Notes under the pieces: generated by a model
What the model saw: the letters and a program-made list of their open reading frames with translations, nothing else
Databases searched by the model: none
Told to the model about the DNA's origin: nothing
From: Squalus acanthias
Taxonomy: Eukaryota
Length of the DNA: 64,000 nucleotides
Direction of reading: 5' to 3'
Assembly (NCBI GenBank): GCA_030390025.1
Contig: CM059438.1
Location: 17,050,001 to 17,114,000, forward strand
Position numbers and translations under genes: made by a program
Shown here: piece by piece, positions 23,831 to 35,780 of the stretch
Layout: the number at the start of each line of letters is the position of its first letter
How positions within the stretch are numbered: the stretch's first letter is position 1

Positions 23831-24837
23831 CAGAGGAAGATTGCTCATGTTAAGCTCAGCTTTGTAAAAAGCAAAAGAATTTCTTGGTCACGCAGTGCAT
23901 TGGTCACCCCCAATTATCCTATCGCCCAAATATTGCACTTACAATCCCACAGTGCAAATTGTTCATTTTGACCATGCCATCTGGCAGAGGTACCAAACTG
24001 GAGTTAAGCAGTTCACCACAGGGTACCAAAAGACAGGCTCACAATAGGCTTAACCTTTCGATACCTAGCTTTAGACTACACTTTGGGAACCCGAAAAGCT
24101 CCAAAATCCTGTCCCTAACCTATTTCTAATTGGATCAAGGTGCTGAAAAACATCTAGTTTGTCCAGTGCGAGACTGAAATTTAGGTCCTGTTTGGACTGA
24201 GTGCTTCAGAATACATCACACTGTGAATGCATTTATCAATGCATGGCATTAGTGATCACACATGTACTGTATCATTTTTCACAGGATACAGCTGGCCTGA
24301 CTTTTCAAAATCTGCTTTTGTGGATTTAGAACCAGAACCAGAAATATGTTCGGGGCCTGGAATTCAAATCTGGGCCTCAGTATATCCACAGCATAAAGAA
24401 TTATCCACAGAATACTACATCCCTCTATTTGCAATGGGGTGCCACCAATTTTGAAGCAATCTAGTTTTTGAGTGGGCTGTAAATTTTCTTAAATGTTAAA
24501 GTCCATTTTCATAACTATGGATTTGTTTTTTTTGATGCTGTTACTGTATTAATGGGAGCATGGTTATCACTCACTAGCAGCAAGGCAAATATTACAACTC
24601 AAGCCAATCTCTGCTATCCTTTACCTTACCTTCCATGTGGTTTTTGCACTGGGGGAAAAAAAGGTGTCAAAAGGTAGCGACTCTCAAGTTCGTTGGCAAA
24701 ATTGTGTAAGCACTGTAGACAAGCACTTAAGTGTGTGGCTGTACTAAATCGAATGCATATGGAATCTGCTGCTTTTATATGTTTACAGGATTAAGAATGT
24801 TTCTAACTGCTTGAAGAGTTTAATTGTGAGACCTCGG

Positions 24838-25745
24838 TCATAGAATCAGGAGAATTTTACAGCCCATCACACCTGTACCAGCTCTCTAAAAGAGCTCATT
24901 TTGTCTCCTTTCCATTCCCCATAGCCTTCTAAATTCTTCTTCCTCAAATATTTATCCACTTCCCGTGCAATGATTATTATGGATTCTGTTTCCAACAGTG
25001 TGTTTGGTCGGGCACTCTATGACCTAAAAAATCTGCAAAAAAATAAATTCTCCTAACCTTTTCCTTTGGCGACAATCTTACTTTTATGCCCCCTAGTTAC
25101 AGACGGACAGACCAGTGTAGCATTTCCCCTATTTACCTCATCAAAACCCTCATAATTAACAGCACCGCTGTCGGATCCATTATTAACTTTTTTTGCTTTG
25201 ATGAATAGCGCCCCCCCCCTGCCCCAAACCCCATCACATGGAAGCCGATACAAACATCCCGCCATACGGGACAAACCACCTGGTATGAAGATGGTTACGA
25301 CCATGGAAGAAGCATTGAGGTCGCAGCCTGCCAGACTGTTAATCAGCCTCAGAATCCTTCCACTACCCCTCACTGTTCTCCGAGGGAAGTTACGAAACAA
25401 CTAAAGCCTCTCATCCCGGGTATCACCTTACTGAATCTCTTCTGCGCTCGTTCTATGGCATTATCATCCTTCCTGAAGTAGAGCACGCAAAACCAGACAA
25501 TATTCTAACTGAGATTAGCCAATGGTTTGTATAGAATTAGCATTGCCTCTTTGCCTTTGTACTCATTTCCCTATTTATAAAGCCTAGGACCCCATATGCT
25601 TCTATTTAAATTTTTTTAAATCTTCTTAATCAACTTCTAAAAATTTATCGGAAGCCCGATATGTCTCTCTGCTCCTGTGCTCCTTTTAAAAGTTTTACAA
25701 TTTAGTGTATACTTCCTCTCATTCTTCCTCCCAAAACATACCACT
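24838..25745 (-). mobile_element. Old CR1 3' fragment with an internal insertion of about 180 bp
   Basis: Tail TCATAGAATC, translation ...VTRGHKSKIV, colinear with 15493-15970 on either side of about 25215-25395. Confidence 0.7.
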
Positions 25746-28139
25746 CAGTTAGATTAGAGTTTTGCAACGGAAAAATATTGCAGACTACGGAACTGTGCAT
25801 TAGCAGATGGCCATAAAAATGACTGGAGATTGCTGACTGAAGGCAGCATCAGTGACCTGGACCTGCCAACAGCGTCAAGGCTTAGACATGAATAATGAAT
25901 ATTTGGGTGAGCTACTGTGGGGTGCCTGCGCATATGGTGAACTTTAACCCAGTGATGGCCAACAGTAATGGGGCAGTGGGGGAGAAGAGGGGTAAAATGA
26001 CTGGGGGGGAAACTTAGATTTCTGAAAAATGAAAAAAAAATGTTAACAAGCATACAATAATTAGGTCGGACCTCAGCATTGGATCTTCAACCATCGCTGT
26101 AATACAGTTCAAAAGCTTCAGCCAAATACCACTGGTTTATACTGCTGCACCCAATAGGCAATGAGTATTTTTTTCTTAAAAAGGCCATAATACCTCAGCA
26201 GCACACAGTGCTGCTCCTGAACAGTTCAGTACTTCCACAAAACTACTCAAGTTATAAATCAAACAAATTTTCTCTAAATTGAAGACAGATTTATGAAATC
26301 CTAGAAAGTAACACTCCCACGTGTTTTTTTTGTTGGCATCAATCTATTTAAAATGTATTTACGCCCCCAGTCCCTCCCTTTGCAGCAGTCATTTTCAACA
26401 GGAATTCAGAATCCGATGAGAATAATTCACCCATCATACTTAGTTCAAAACTGCCAAAGTGTTTTTCACATTCTGAGACGAGAGTATTTACTAACCTATC
26501 GATGTTCTGAACATACTCATTTTCAAAAGCGATCTGGATTCTTGAAGCAGGCAGGTCACAAATGGAAGTTTGGCAAAATCTGATCAAACATTTTTGAGGT
26601 GACAATTCAGTGTTGGAAGAATTCACAAGTTTTAGCACATCTTTTTCTCGACAGGCAACTAGAGTCTGCTGACAAGAAGTCACTCGTCAAGTTTACTAAA
26701 AATCCAATCAGGCAGGGTTTTTTTGGTAAGTTAGTGTTTACAAAAGTACAACTAGAAACAGATAGTTTCTCCAGAGTGTAACGATCAATGTACTTATTTT
26801 GAATTACCAAGGAAATCACTGTATGCTGGTGGGCAGATATAAGCAACAAACCATTAATGCTGCAGGAAATAGGGATGGCGGTATAATGTTAAGCAACTGC
26901 AAGTATTTAACACAGATAAGCAGTTAAGCTAATTAAATTGCTTAAGAATATCATGAACAAAAAAAAAGTACTCCTTTTCAGTTGAAAATATACCATGTGT
27001 TATAAACAGAATAAAGTCATGGGCCAACAGGAATACAGACACCTCTATAACTTCCTTCTGGCTTCAACACACTGCTCTACAAAGCACATTCAAAACTGTA
27101 GCTGATGAATAGAAGGGGGGGTTACAAAACTGCAAAGAGGACACAGATTCAGCAAATGCAAGTGGCATTTCCACAAGCAAAGCAGGCATTTCCCAATATT
27201 TACCTGGTAACTTAATAAAAAGTTCATCTGTGATATGCAAATGAAATGATTAATTTTATCAGTTTATTTCTGAGTGAGTCTAGCAACAAATGAGACATGG
27301 TACCCCATTTAGTATGTTGTTAATGTAATATTTCTGTTGAATCTTTTATTTAAAATAAAAGTAATTTATAATTTTGAAGTATCATTTATTACGGTAATGA
27401 ACTGGCACAATCACCAGTAGAGAAATAGGACTTCTAATTTCACACCTCTGAGACTACAGAAGCATTGGATTTGAATCTGTTCAACACAAGATGTATGGAA
27501 AGCTTTCTTTTCTCTTTCGAGTCTGTATAATAAAATCGAAACTATTTGCGATTCCCTCTTTTTTTTAAAAAAAAAGTCCCAAACTTAATTTAAAAATGTT
27601 CTACACACAAAACAGCAGTTACACACAGTATTATCCCCAGGGAATTCAGCATTGAGAATTCTTTGACAATCATGTAATACTGCCCATTAAACACATCTTT
27701 TACTACAGTGTCTCACTATAGTGAAATACTGCTTTTCAAGGGGCACTCATACCTGAACTCTGAAGAAAAGCAATAGCTGCAGAGCAGTAATAGGTACAAT
27801 AGACACACACACACACATAGTAAGTGAGTAAACTGTTGATAGCAAAGTAAATTTAGATAATTTTAAATGAATTAAGTGCAGCCCAACAAATGACTCAATA
27901 TGTATATCTGAAGAGGTCAACTCATTTTGTCCATCAGGAACATGTTCTCTGCAATAACTCCATATCTACAACACTTCAATACCAACATCTGGGAGTGCAT
28001 TGTACCACATCTTATTTGAACTTGGCAGAGGCAGAACTTTGACTTTTATTTAAAAAGTTGTTACGGTTCAGGTCACAAGTTGACGATCCACTTTCTTCAC
28101 GCAGCTGTGACGGAGAGCACACGAACACCACACGAATTC

Positions 28140-29681
28140 TCTGCACATACTAAGTTGCTTTTATTAATCCAGAACTGCATGCTACAGATACTGTACAGCA
28201 TGAACATTGATTCATTACAAAAATGGTTTCAGAACAATAAAAATGAAAAGAAAAAAAAAGGAGCAAAAAACAGAACAGGAACATCACAGCTGTTAGGAAA
28301 CATTGAGAGTATTCACAAAAGGTCATCAGCTTCTTAGTAAAATGGAAAAAAAGACAGCTATACAACTGCTTCATTTCTACTACAATGGCACCAAATGAAT
28401 GAACTTTTTCATCAGTTGTATACAGCCTTTGCAACATCAACATGCCTATTTTAAAATTTACTAAATACCTACTGATAGTAGTGTACATAAAAAGTGGCAG
28501 TTTCAGTTTTGAGTAATTTCCCCAACGTACAGAAAATTTGGCCCTTATGGGTTTTATTAATTCTCACCCTTCAATGCTTTGCTTTATAAGATTTTTTGGA
28601 TGATTTGCCAATAGCTACCAAACACATTGCGTTATAGCTTAAACTAGTCAGCAACATTAAAACTACATACATACCTATGTTACCTCACAGCTAAAAAGGA
28701 CCAAAATACAGCAAAAATGGGGGAGGGAAGATGTATCAACCTTTAAAAGTTTGGCACAGAATACATACATAGGATATAGGTTAAGCAATTCCAGGGTTGA
28801 GGCTACAGTCCACTATAGGGCTTTAGATGGGTGATCAGGTGGTTTTTTTTTGTGCTATTCCAAAAAACATTTCCCCCCTCCCCCAATTGCTTTCAAGTTT
28901 TCTTTTGTACAATGGCTTTTTTTCAGCAATTTTGTGCACTTTTGTTCTTTACAACGCCACAACATTATCCATTTGGTGACAGTCATGTATCACAACAGAG
29001 GAAAAAAAAAGTTAAATCCTTGGTAACAAATGAATCTTTTCATATATAAGATGCTTACACTAAGCAAAAAAAAAAACTTTATACATTGTTTGAAGAAATG
29101 AAAAATATTTAAAAGAGACAACATACATGATACAACAAGCATCTCTAAAGCAATAAATACTACTGGTCCTATAGCGTTGTAATTCTTTTCTTGCACCCCC
29201 CCCAAAAAAACAACGCCATGGAACAATGCATATTAACACAGTTTTCCCCATTATTTCTGTACATTTAAACAATAACACGCAACATCACAAAAGTTGTTCC
29301 ACACAATTAACAGGTGGCACTGCATTCATTGTGCCCTTAAGGATAAAATGGACGTAAAATGATTGGTTCGCAAGCTCTTATTTAATACAAATAATACAGC
29401 GTAGCCAACTCCTTCCACAAGGGCTTCTTTGAATTTGATATCAGTCTCTTACTAGTAAAGAATCCACCCAGTAAGAACCACATAACAGTGATGAACACTA
29501 CAAAGTTTTGCAATGGTTGACAAGAGGTTGGCAGGATCTCTCAAGGCTTATCCTACATATTCAAAGAGGACCTTGAAATAACAATGGGTCAAATATTGAC
29601 CAATGCACTCCATAACATCTACTAACATGTAGCCATATGGCACAAATGAAATAAAAAGAACACCAGCGACTATGCTAAAAG
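28140..29681 (-). other. TCF7L2: TCF7L2 3' UTR (about 1.5 kb, U-rich, TE-free)
   Basis: Lies between the E-tail stop codon and the poly(A) signal; no recognisable repeats. Confidence 0.7.
28160..28165 (-). terminator. TCF7L2 polyadenylation signal AATAAA (second AATAAA at 28045-28050)
   Basis: Minus strand GGATTAATAAAAGCAACTTAGTATGTGCAGA followed by a GU-rich element (TTCGTGTGGTGTTCGTGTG). The context resembles the mammalian TCF7L2 mRNA end as I recall it. Confidence 0.7.
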
Positions 29682-30120
29682 CTATTCTAAAGACTTGGTT
29701 ACAAGTGAAAGTGGCTGGGACTGTGTCTCTTGCAAAGCACCGTGGGAATGGACAATTGACATGGATGAAGTCGAAGGTCGAGTCTGCGATGAAGACGAGG
29801 ATGTGGACTGGTGTAAGGTGATGGATCGGTGCTCTAACGCCCCGTTCTGGCAACTAACAGCTGAAACTGCGCTGGACTTGAGTGCTGAGTTTGTCGACAA
29901 GGCTGAGGAAGAGGATGGTGAGGAAAGATGGGCCAAAGGATCAGGTTTCATTGTGAGTGACAGAGGTTGCATTTGTTCAGTCTGTGGATCAGAGTCTGCT
30001 GTAGAAGGGCTTAACATGGAAGGAGAAGGGGGAGGAGAATCTAATATGCTTCCATCTGAAGAGGGTGGGCTGGCGCAGCTGCCTTCACCTTGTATGTAGC
30101 GAATGCACTTTTTTTTTCTC
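29682..30120 (-). CDS. TCF7L2: TCF7L2 terminal exon (E tail: RKKKCIRY C-clamp end, two PLSL CtBP-type motifs; M tail in an alternative frame)
   Basis: Acceptor tttctag|GAG. E frame R-RKKKCIRYIQGEGSCASPPSSDGSILDSPPPSP...QPLSLTMKPDPLAHLS...QPLSLVTKSLE*. Alternative frame GEKKSAFATYKVKAAAPAHPLQMEAY* (stop 30041-30043). Confidence 0.97.
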
Positions 30121-32779
30121 CTAGAAACAGGGAAAGATTTATCTGTAAATAAAGGGCAAAAAGACTAATGGAGTTGGTTATTTGAACAAAGAAAGTAATC
30201 TTATTCAGGCAACAAGAGTACATCCACGACACTTGAAACATTAATAACTAATGCAAGGCCCAATTAAGCCAGCACATCTATAGGGATTTACAAATTTGTT
30301 TAAATGTAATCAGGGATAGCTTCCCGATGTGTGAAATACTAACAAAATTACAGTATTTCGTGTTTATCTGTTAAGAACCACACCAAATTGAGGAGGACAG
30401 GAGAAAAATACTAAAGAAAAGAATGAAAGAAAGAAAAGGAGCAAGAAACCATGGAAAATGCAAAGTAAAAAACACAATAAAAAACAAGAATAACTGGTTC
30501 TATGGCCTGCAGGCTGTGGCTGATTCTTTAAATGGTCTGCAATGGAAAACGAAAGTCAATTAAGGTTTTGGCTGATTAAAAAAAGGTTCACATTTCATTA
30601 ATAGGTTTCCTTGTGTGCGTCATTTTCACGCCAGCTATCTGCGAGAGGAAAGAAGGCTTTTATTGTACTTCACGATTCCTGTACCAGTTTGGCCAAGGAT
30701 TCATTATTGTTAGAGTACATTTGGTTTATTTTACAAACAAGCAATAGTTCAACCACCAAATAAAATTTGCAAACAACATGTAGTATTTATTAGTAGGCCT
30801 CTTTCAATTTTCACTACAAATATAGAAGAAAATGTATTAGTATTCACAGTATGAATAATCTGATTTTATCCTGCATTTTGCCAAAAGGGGCTATATAATT
30901 CAACTTTAAAATTTTCTATCGTTACAAATGACACCTCAAATACCTACAAGCCCAAGTTAGAACTTCACGCCCATAAAAGTCTGTCAAATATATTCAGGGC
31001 CCGCATTGGTAAGACGCATTGAGACAGTTTCAGAGTTCAAGCCACAGAAGCCTGCTAGGTCAAATACATGCTACACTGGAGCATATGCATGCAGTTAAAC
31101 TCAAGGTTCGCCAAGACAAAAGGGCAGTGTAACGGACAGAAACATGCAAGTGAAGCAGCCCGTCATGCCGTATTAGAACAAAGCTGGAGGTGAAAGGACC
31201 AACTTGGTGGGCTCGAAACAGAGAAAAAAAAATGCAACACCGACAACCAGGTAATTGCCAAATGAATAGGGGCTTTGTTGACTGACTCAGATCAAAATAA
31301 TTGCCAGTCAATGGCTAGTAAAGTACAAATAATCTTTATTTAGGCTCAACCCCTGAACTACTGAGGGTAAATGGCCCCTAGGTAGGAGTTACCATTCTGG
31401 AAGCTGTATTTAAACAATGCATCGTTTATTTCCTGATAACAGAGCAGTTTATTTAAATACAGCTCCCAGAAACTATTGTACTTGGAAAAAATATACAACA
31501 ATCTACAGATACACACTAAGATATTAGATCAGAGCCTGAGCAGAAACAAACGCAGGTGCCTGGGGCTCATCGGCATCAGTGCACTGCAGATGGATATTCA
31601 ACTTCAGAAATTTCAAAAAAGTTGCTGTGGGTACACCAATAGCATTGTAAAGTTCAAATTAAAAATAAATAATTCCTCAATAACTAGTCGTGGGGACAAA
31701 AAGTTTTAAAACTTCATCAACTGTTAGTCACACAAAATTAATGATAACAGGCAACAAAGTGTGCTGAATCCTTTGCAACTTCAGCTTCAGGTGTCAATAC
31801 TTCCAACTTCATATTTTTTCCTCCTCCGTTCATTTTGGAAACAGATTTCCCACCTCTATGCCACAAACCTCCCTCCAACAGCATGTTCCCAGTACTCTGC
31901 CAAATAAATTAAGTAGGCAGCTGGGAAGTGTCAATTTTACATCCCCCTCTCCTTCCAGGGAAATGAAGGAAATATTTGGGTTTTTTAAGTTCTGGAAATA
32001 ATCCCTCTTATTTCCTCCCATTTGGAGACTCCTGGGGTCACAGATCTTACGTCCTTATGACAGAGCAACAGACTGGCTTTCAGGCCAGTTCCAAATCATC
32101 TGCCTGACCTGGTGCTTGTGGGCATACAGAAGTACATTAGGGTGATGGATTTACTCTTCTTCCCTGCTGGTAAGTGCCCAGCCTTCTCAATAAGAGCTGG
32201 TGTGGGGAATTGTGTGAGGAATTGTGAAACCATGGCACGGATGTATTGGGAATTTCACTTGGCTTCCACAAAGTTACTTCATTGCAGATTAAAATGATTT
32301 TAATCCCAACCCCCCACCTTTAAACATTGTCCTCCCCTCAGCAGCATTCTTCAAGAGGGTGGTCAGGCAACCTGTTGCAAGGTTTGTGCCTTGGCCTGTG
32401 CCTCCGGATGCCAGTATGTGCATCCCTCACAATGGCAGTTTTGATTGATTCATCCCAACTGTGGGCTCTGCATGTGAGGAATTACTGGTGCAAAGATGTT
32501 TCCCACCATTCTGTGGCACAGCAGGTTGGTACCAATATTCTATCTATATTGCCTCTCAACTTTTTGTCAAGATGTTGTAACCTCATGTAAAACGCACTGC
32601 TTATTACATTCAGTTGAACTACCTTTCCAATCCTTGGCTGCAATATTTTGAGAAATGAGCTGAAACATTCCTCCCCCTCCCCAAGAAAGGTCTAAATTAA
32701 AAATAAAAACAATAATCTATTTTGCTAAAACAAACTCTTGCCTCTCCCAAATTAAACTGAGGAAAATCGCAGATTGAAG

Positions 32780-33170
32780 CTATGATTAAGAGAGCCACAC
32801 AGACCAGCAGGGTCCCAGGTTCAATTCCCAGTAGGTAATGACTTAGTTGACCTCAGCCAGGGCAGTATAGGGGGGTCACTACAATATGCCTCAGTATGCC
32901 TAGGTCAAGGAAGGGCCAAAAAAAGTCAGGGGTCCTGCTCCTGAACACTATCTAGTGACCGTTGATGAAGGAGTGGGTGAGGAAAATGGAGGATAGGATT
33001 GGGCTCAGTTGTGATGCCCCCCACAACCTAATAGTCCACCAACACTCACTGTCTAGATTCATGGTTGAAGAATGACCACTTGGGTGCAGCACCAGAGGGC
33101 AACTGCCACTCTGGGAACCACACCCAGTAAAAGAGTCAATGCTTTCGTGAAAGGGAAGAAAATTGGAATT
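32780..33170 (+). mobile_element. Second SINE-like family, near-complete copy (intronic)
   Basis: GAGCCACACAGACCAG...CCCAGGTTCAATTCCCAG (B-box-like) plus blocks shared with 49470-49800 and 7950-8225. Confidence 0.7.
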
Positions 33171-34278
33171 AAATAGTTCTTTTAAAAAAAAGTGAATTTA
33201 GATTACCCAAGTAAGTTGGAATATTCATCCCTATTATTTTGCAATTGTAAAGAAAATATTAGATAAAATGGTGTCAAGAAACCCCAGACTTTATTTGAAA
33301 TCATCATTGGAGAGCTGTTTATCCACCACGTTTCTTACAGTCTGGCTAAAAAATGTTGCATCAAAACAATTTCTAAACCGATTTTTGGAAAACTTCCCCC
33401 ATCCAGCACGCTAACCCTCAAGTACAAACTTGACATCTGAAATGAGAAAGGGGCACCTCTAAATATAAAGCTAATGGCAGTATTAAAGATAAGCATGCAA
33501 TCAGGTCATTTGAAGAATCCCATTCATAACTGTTTACGTGGATTCTTTACTCATTCCTCTTTACACTATATTTTGCATTATAATTTTAAGCATTAGCCCA
33601 TTAAAAATGCATAAAATAACTTTGAAATATCACATAATTAATTAAGGATTAACCAATTCATAAATCCAAAAGCAGTGCATTATAGCCAAAATGCTCAGAG
33701 AAATGGTAAAAATTCTATAAGGAATTAGCCACAAGTGTTGCAGTCTCAAATTTACTGCTGCTAATACACAAATCCTCCCAGTATCAACCGACAATCCTCT
33801 GGCAGCAGTTCAGTAATGCACTGATGTCCATCCATCACTTGGCAATTGTCCATGCTGCATCTTACATAACATTTACTTTTAATTTGAGCACCATTTATTA
33901 GAAATGACACAGTCAAACAAGCAGATGAAAAAATTTATCTATTAATCATGGAATTCAGTCAGAAGCACAATTATACTTGTATCTTAATTACGCTTTAAGA
34001 TCATGATTATAGAATAATGGTAGCTACTCTTAACATACATGCCAACATAAAGACAGTGCTAAAAAGGGACACACAAGTGCACAGTCTCTGTAAACCTCAT
34101 TACGTCAGCAGACTTTAACCTTGTATTTTCAATTATTGATAACGAAATGGGGTTAGAGAGACTGTAACACATTCTGAAGTAGGGGAAATGAAGTATGAAA
34201 GAGAGAGAGAGAGAGCGATCGAGCACCACGTGTATATGAAAAACAAAAAGTTTCAACTTTGAAGAAACAAATACCTAC

Positions 34279-34303
34279 CATGACAACATTCCCACTTCAA
34301 AGA
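34279..34303 (-). CDS. TCF7L2: TCF7L2 25-nt alternative stop-containing exon (S-type tail)
   Basis: catgcag|TCTTTGAAGTGGGAATGTTGTCATG|gtaggt, 25 nt. After a C-clamp exon it reads S-L-stop. Same length and start as the human 25-nt exon (recalled). Confidence 0.85.
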
Positions 34304-34952
34304 CTGCATGTGTCAGGACAAAGAAATAAGATTTAACCAAATGCAGTCAACGGGAAAGGTGTACATAAACAGGACAAAACATTTATTCCCTCTACCCAGC
34401 CAAGTCCCAAGAATTAGAGAATTGGCAACCGAGTAGTTTGAAAAGTTCTAGAGTACCCAGATTAGCTGTGGTGGATAAGCCTTTGACCGTTTGATGTCTG
34501 AGTTTGTTTAGTTAAACCGAATTGTAAGAAAACTAAAAAAGAGAAATTTAATTGTGTGTTACTTAAAAAAAAGATATTCCAACAGATTTTGCACTCGCCT
34601 GAAAATGAAAGTTTCCTCTGAACGAGCTTGTAGCTGGTATGACGCCCAATTACTAAAAATAAATTGGCGATTAATACATAAAAATGTAAAGACATAGTTA
34701 CTGGAGTGCACAAACACCTTTCTGCTTCTTGGAAACTTATCTGTTGTACAATGCTGCGATAATTACTCAGGAGAGGCGACTATTTTATCAATAAGGTAAC
34801 ATTCTCTATAAATGAAATAGTAGCTCTATATGTTGAAATTTCACATTCACTGACTAAAATGGACTCATGCACAGAAGAATATCAGTACATGTTGTGCACT
34901 TAGAACTGCGATGTCTACACATTCAGTAGAAACCAGGTGAATTTTCTACACA

Positions 34953-35003
34953 ATATATATAATATATATATATAATATATATATTATATATATACATATA
35001 TAG
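34953..35003. repeat. (TA)n-rich microsatellite
   Basis: ATATATATAATATATATATAATATATATATTATATATATACATATA. Confidence 0.9.
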
Positions 35004-35363
35004 ATAGATCTTTATGGACCATGGGTGGTTAGTAGTTACAGCCAGTTTTCAAGAACAAAACTTCTCTCTCCTCTGTCCTAGGTTTCACTGCACCAATCTC
35101 CGACACAAGGTCACAGGCCCATCGCAACCACTGTTTGGGGAGGGCCAGGAAAGGGGGGAAAAAAGGTGGACAGCGCTTGCAAGGAGACAGACCAATGCTG
35201 CTAATAAAAGGCAACAGGTAAAAAAAAGAAAGGAAAATAAAACAAAAAAAATCTGCAATAAGCTATAGAATATTAGCACATTAGAGCACAGGAAAGTCAC
35301 ATGAATGCACTACAAATCCAGTAAAGGGCATATTTAATTCCGGAAGGCCTAATGGGAGTATAC

Positions 35364-35436
35364 CTGCAAGGTTTGCACCATAAACTCTGTTGGTCTAGCC
35401 CGAACAATGCCCGACACTTCTTTGGAGTATTTGCAT
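35364..35436 (-). CDS. TCF7L2: TCF7L2 73-nt C-clamp cassette exon, CRALF form
   Basis: gctaacag|...|gtatac; (D)[23 protein letters not shown](R). Confidence 0.95.
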
Positions 35437-35707
35437 CTGTTAGCATGAAGTAAACAAAAACAACAAATGGAGGATACTGCTCACTGGATGTGACATCTCA
35501 GCCAGAGCTAGTGGTTTAGCTGGCCAAGTTGGCATTCTCCCCTCATCACTGAAAAAAACAAAATTCACACTGCCTAGCAACAATAGATGCAAGGGTGGGT
35601 TATCAGCGTCCAATCGAAACACTGAAACAGTGATAGCAAGAAGGGGAAAGTACCAATTTAAACCCAGCTGAAACCAACCATAGCAAACCTGGGAAAACGA
35701 TACACAC

Positions 35708-35780
35708 CTGCACGGGCCGCACCAGTTATTCTGTTGATCAAGGCCAAAGCGCGCTCGGCATTTCTTAGGAGCGCTCAGAT
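35708..35780 (-). CDS. TCF7L2: TCF7L2 73-nt C-clamp cassette exon, CRARF form
   Basis: ttgttcag|...|gtgtgt; (D)LSAPKKCRARFGLDQQNNWCGPC(R). Confidence 0.96.

Noticed and set aside
26348-26849. Overlapping 60-111 aa ORFs downstream of the gene
   Set aside because: No recognisable domain or splice-supported exon structure; within chance expectation.
29695-30099. 134-aa acidic plus-strand ORF
   Set aside because: Antisense shadow of the Ser/Pro-rich TCF7L2 last exon.
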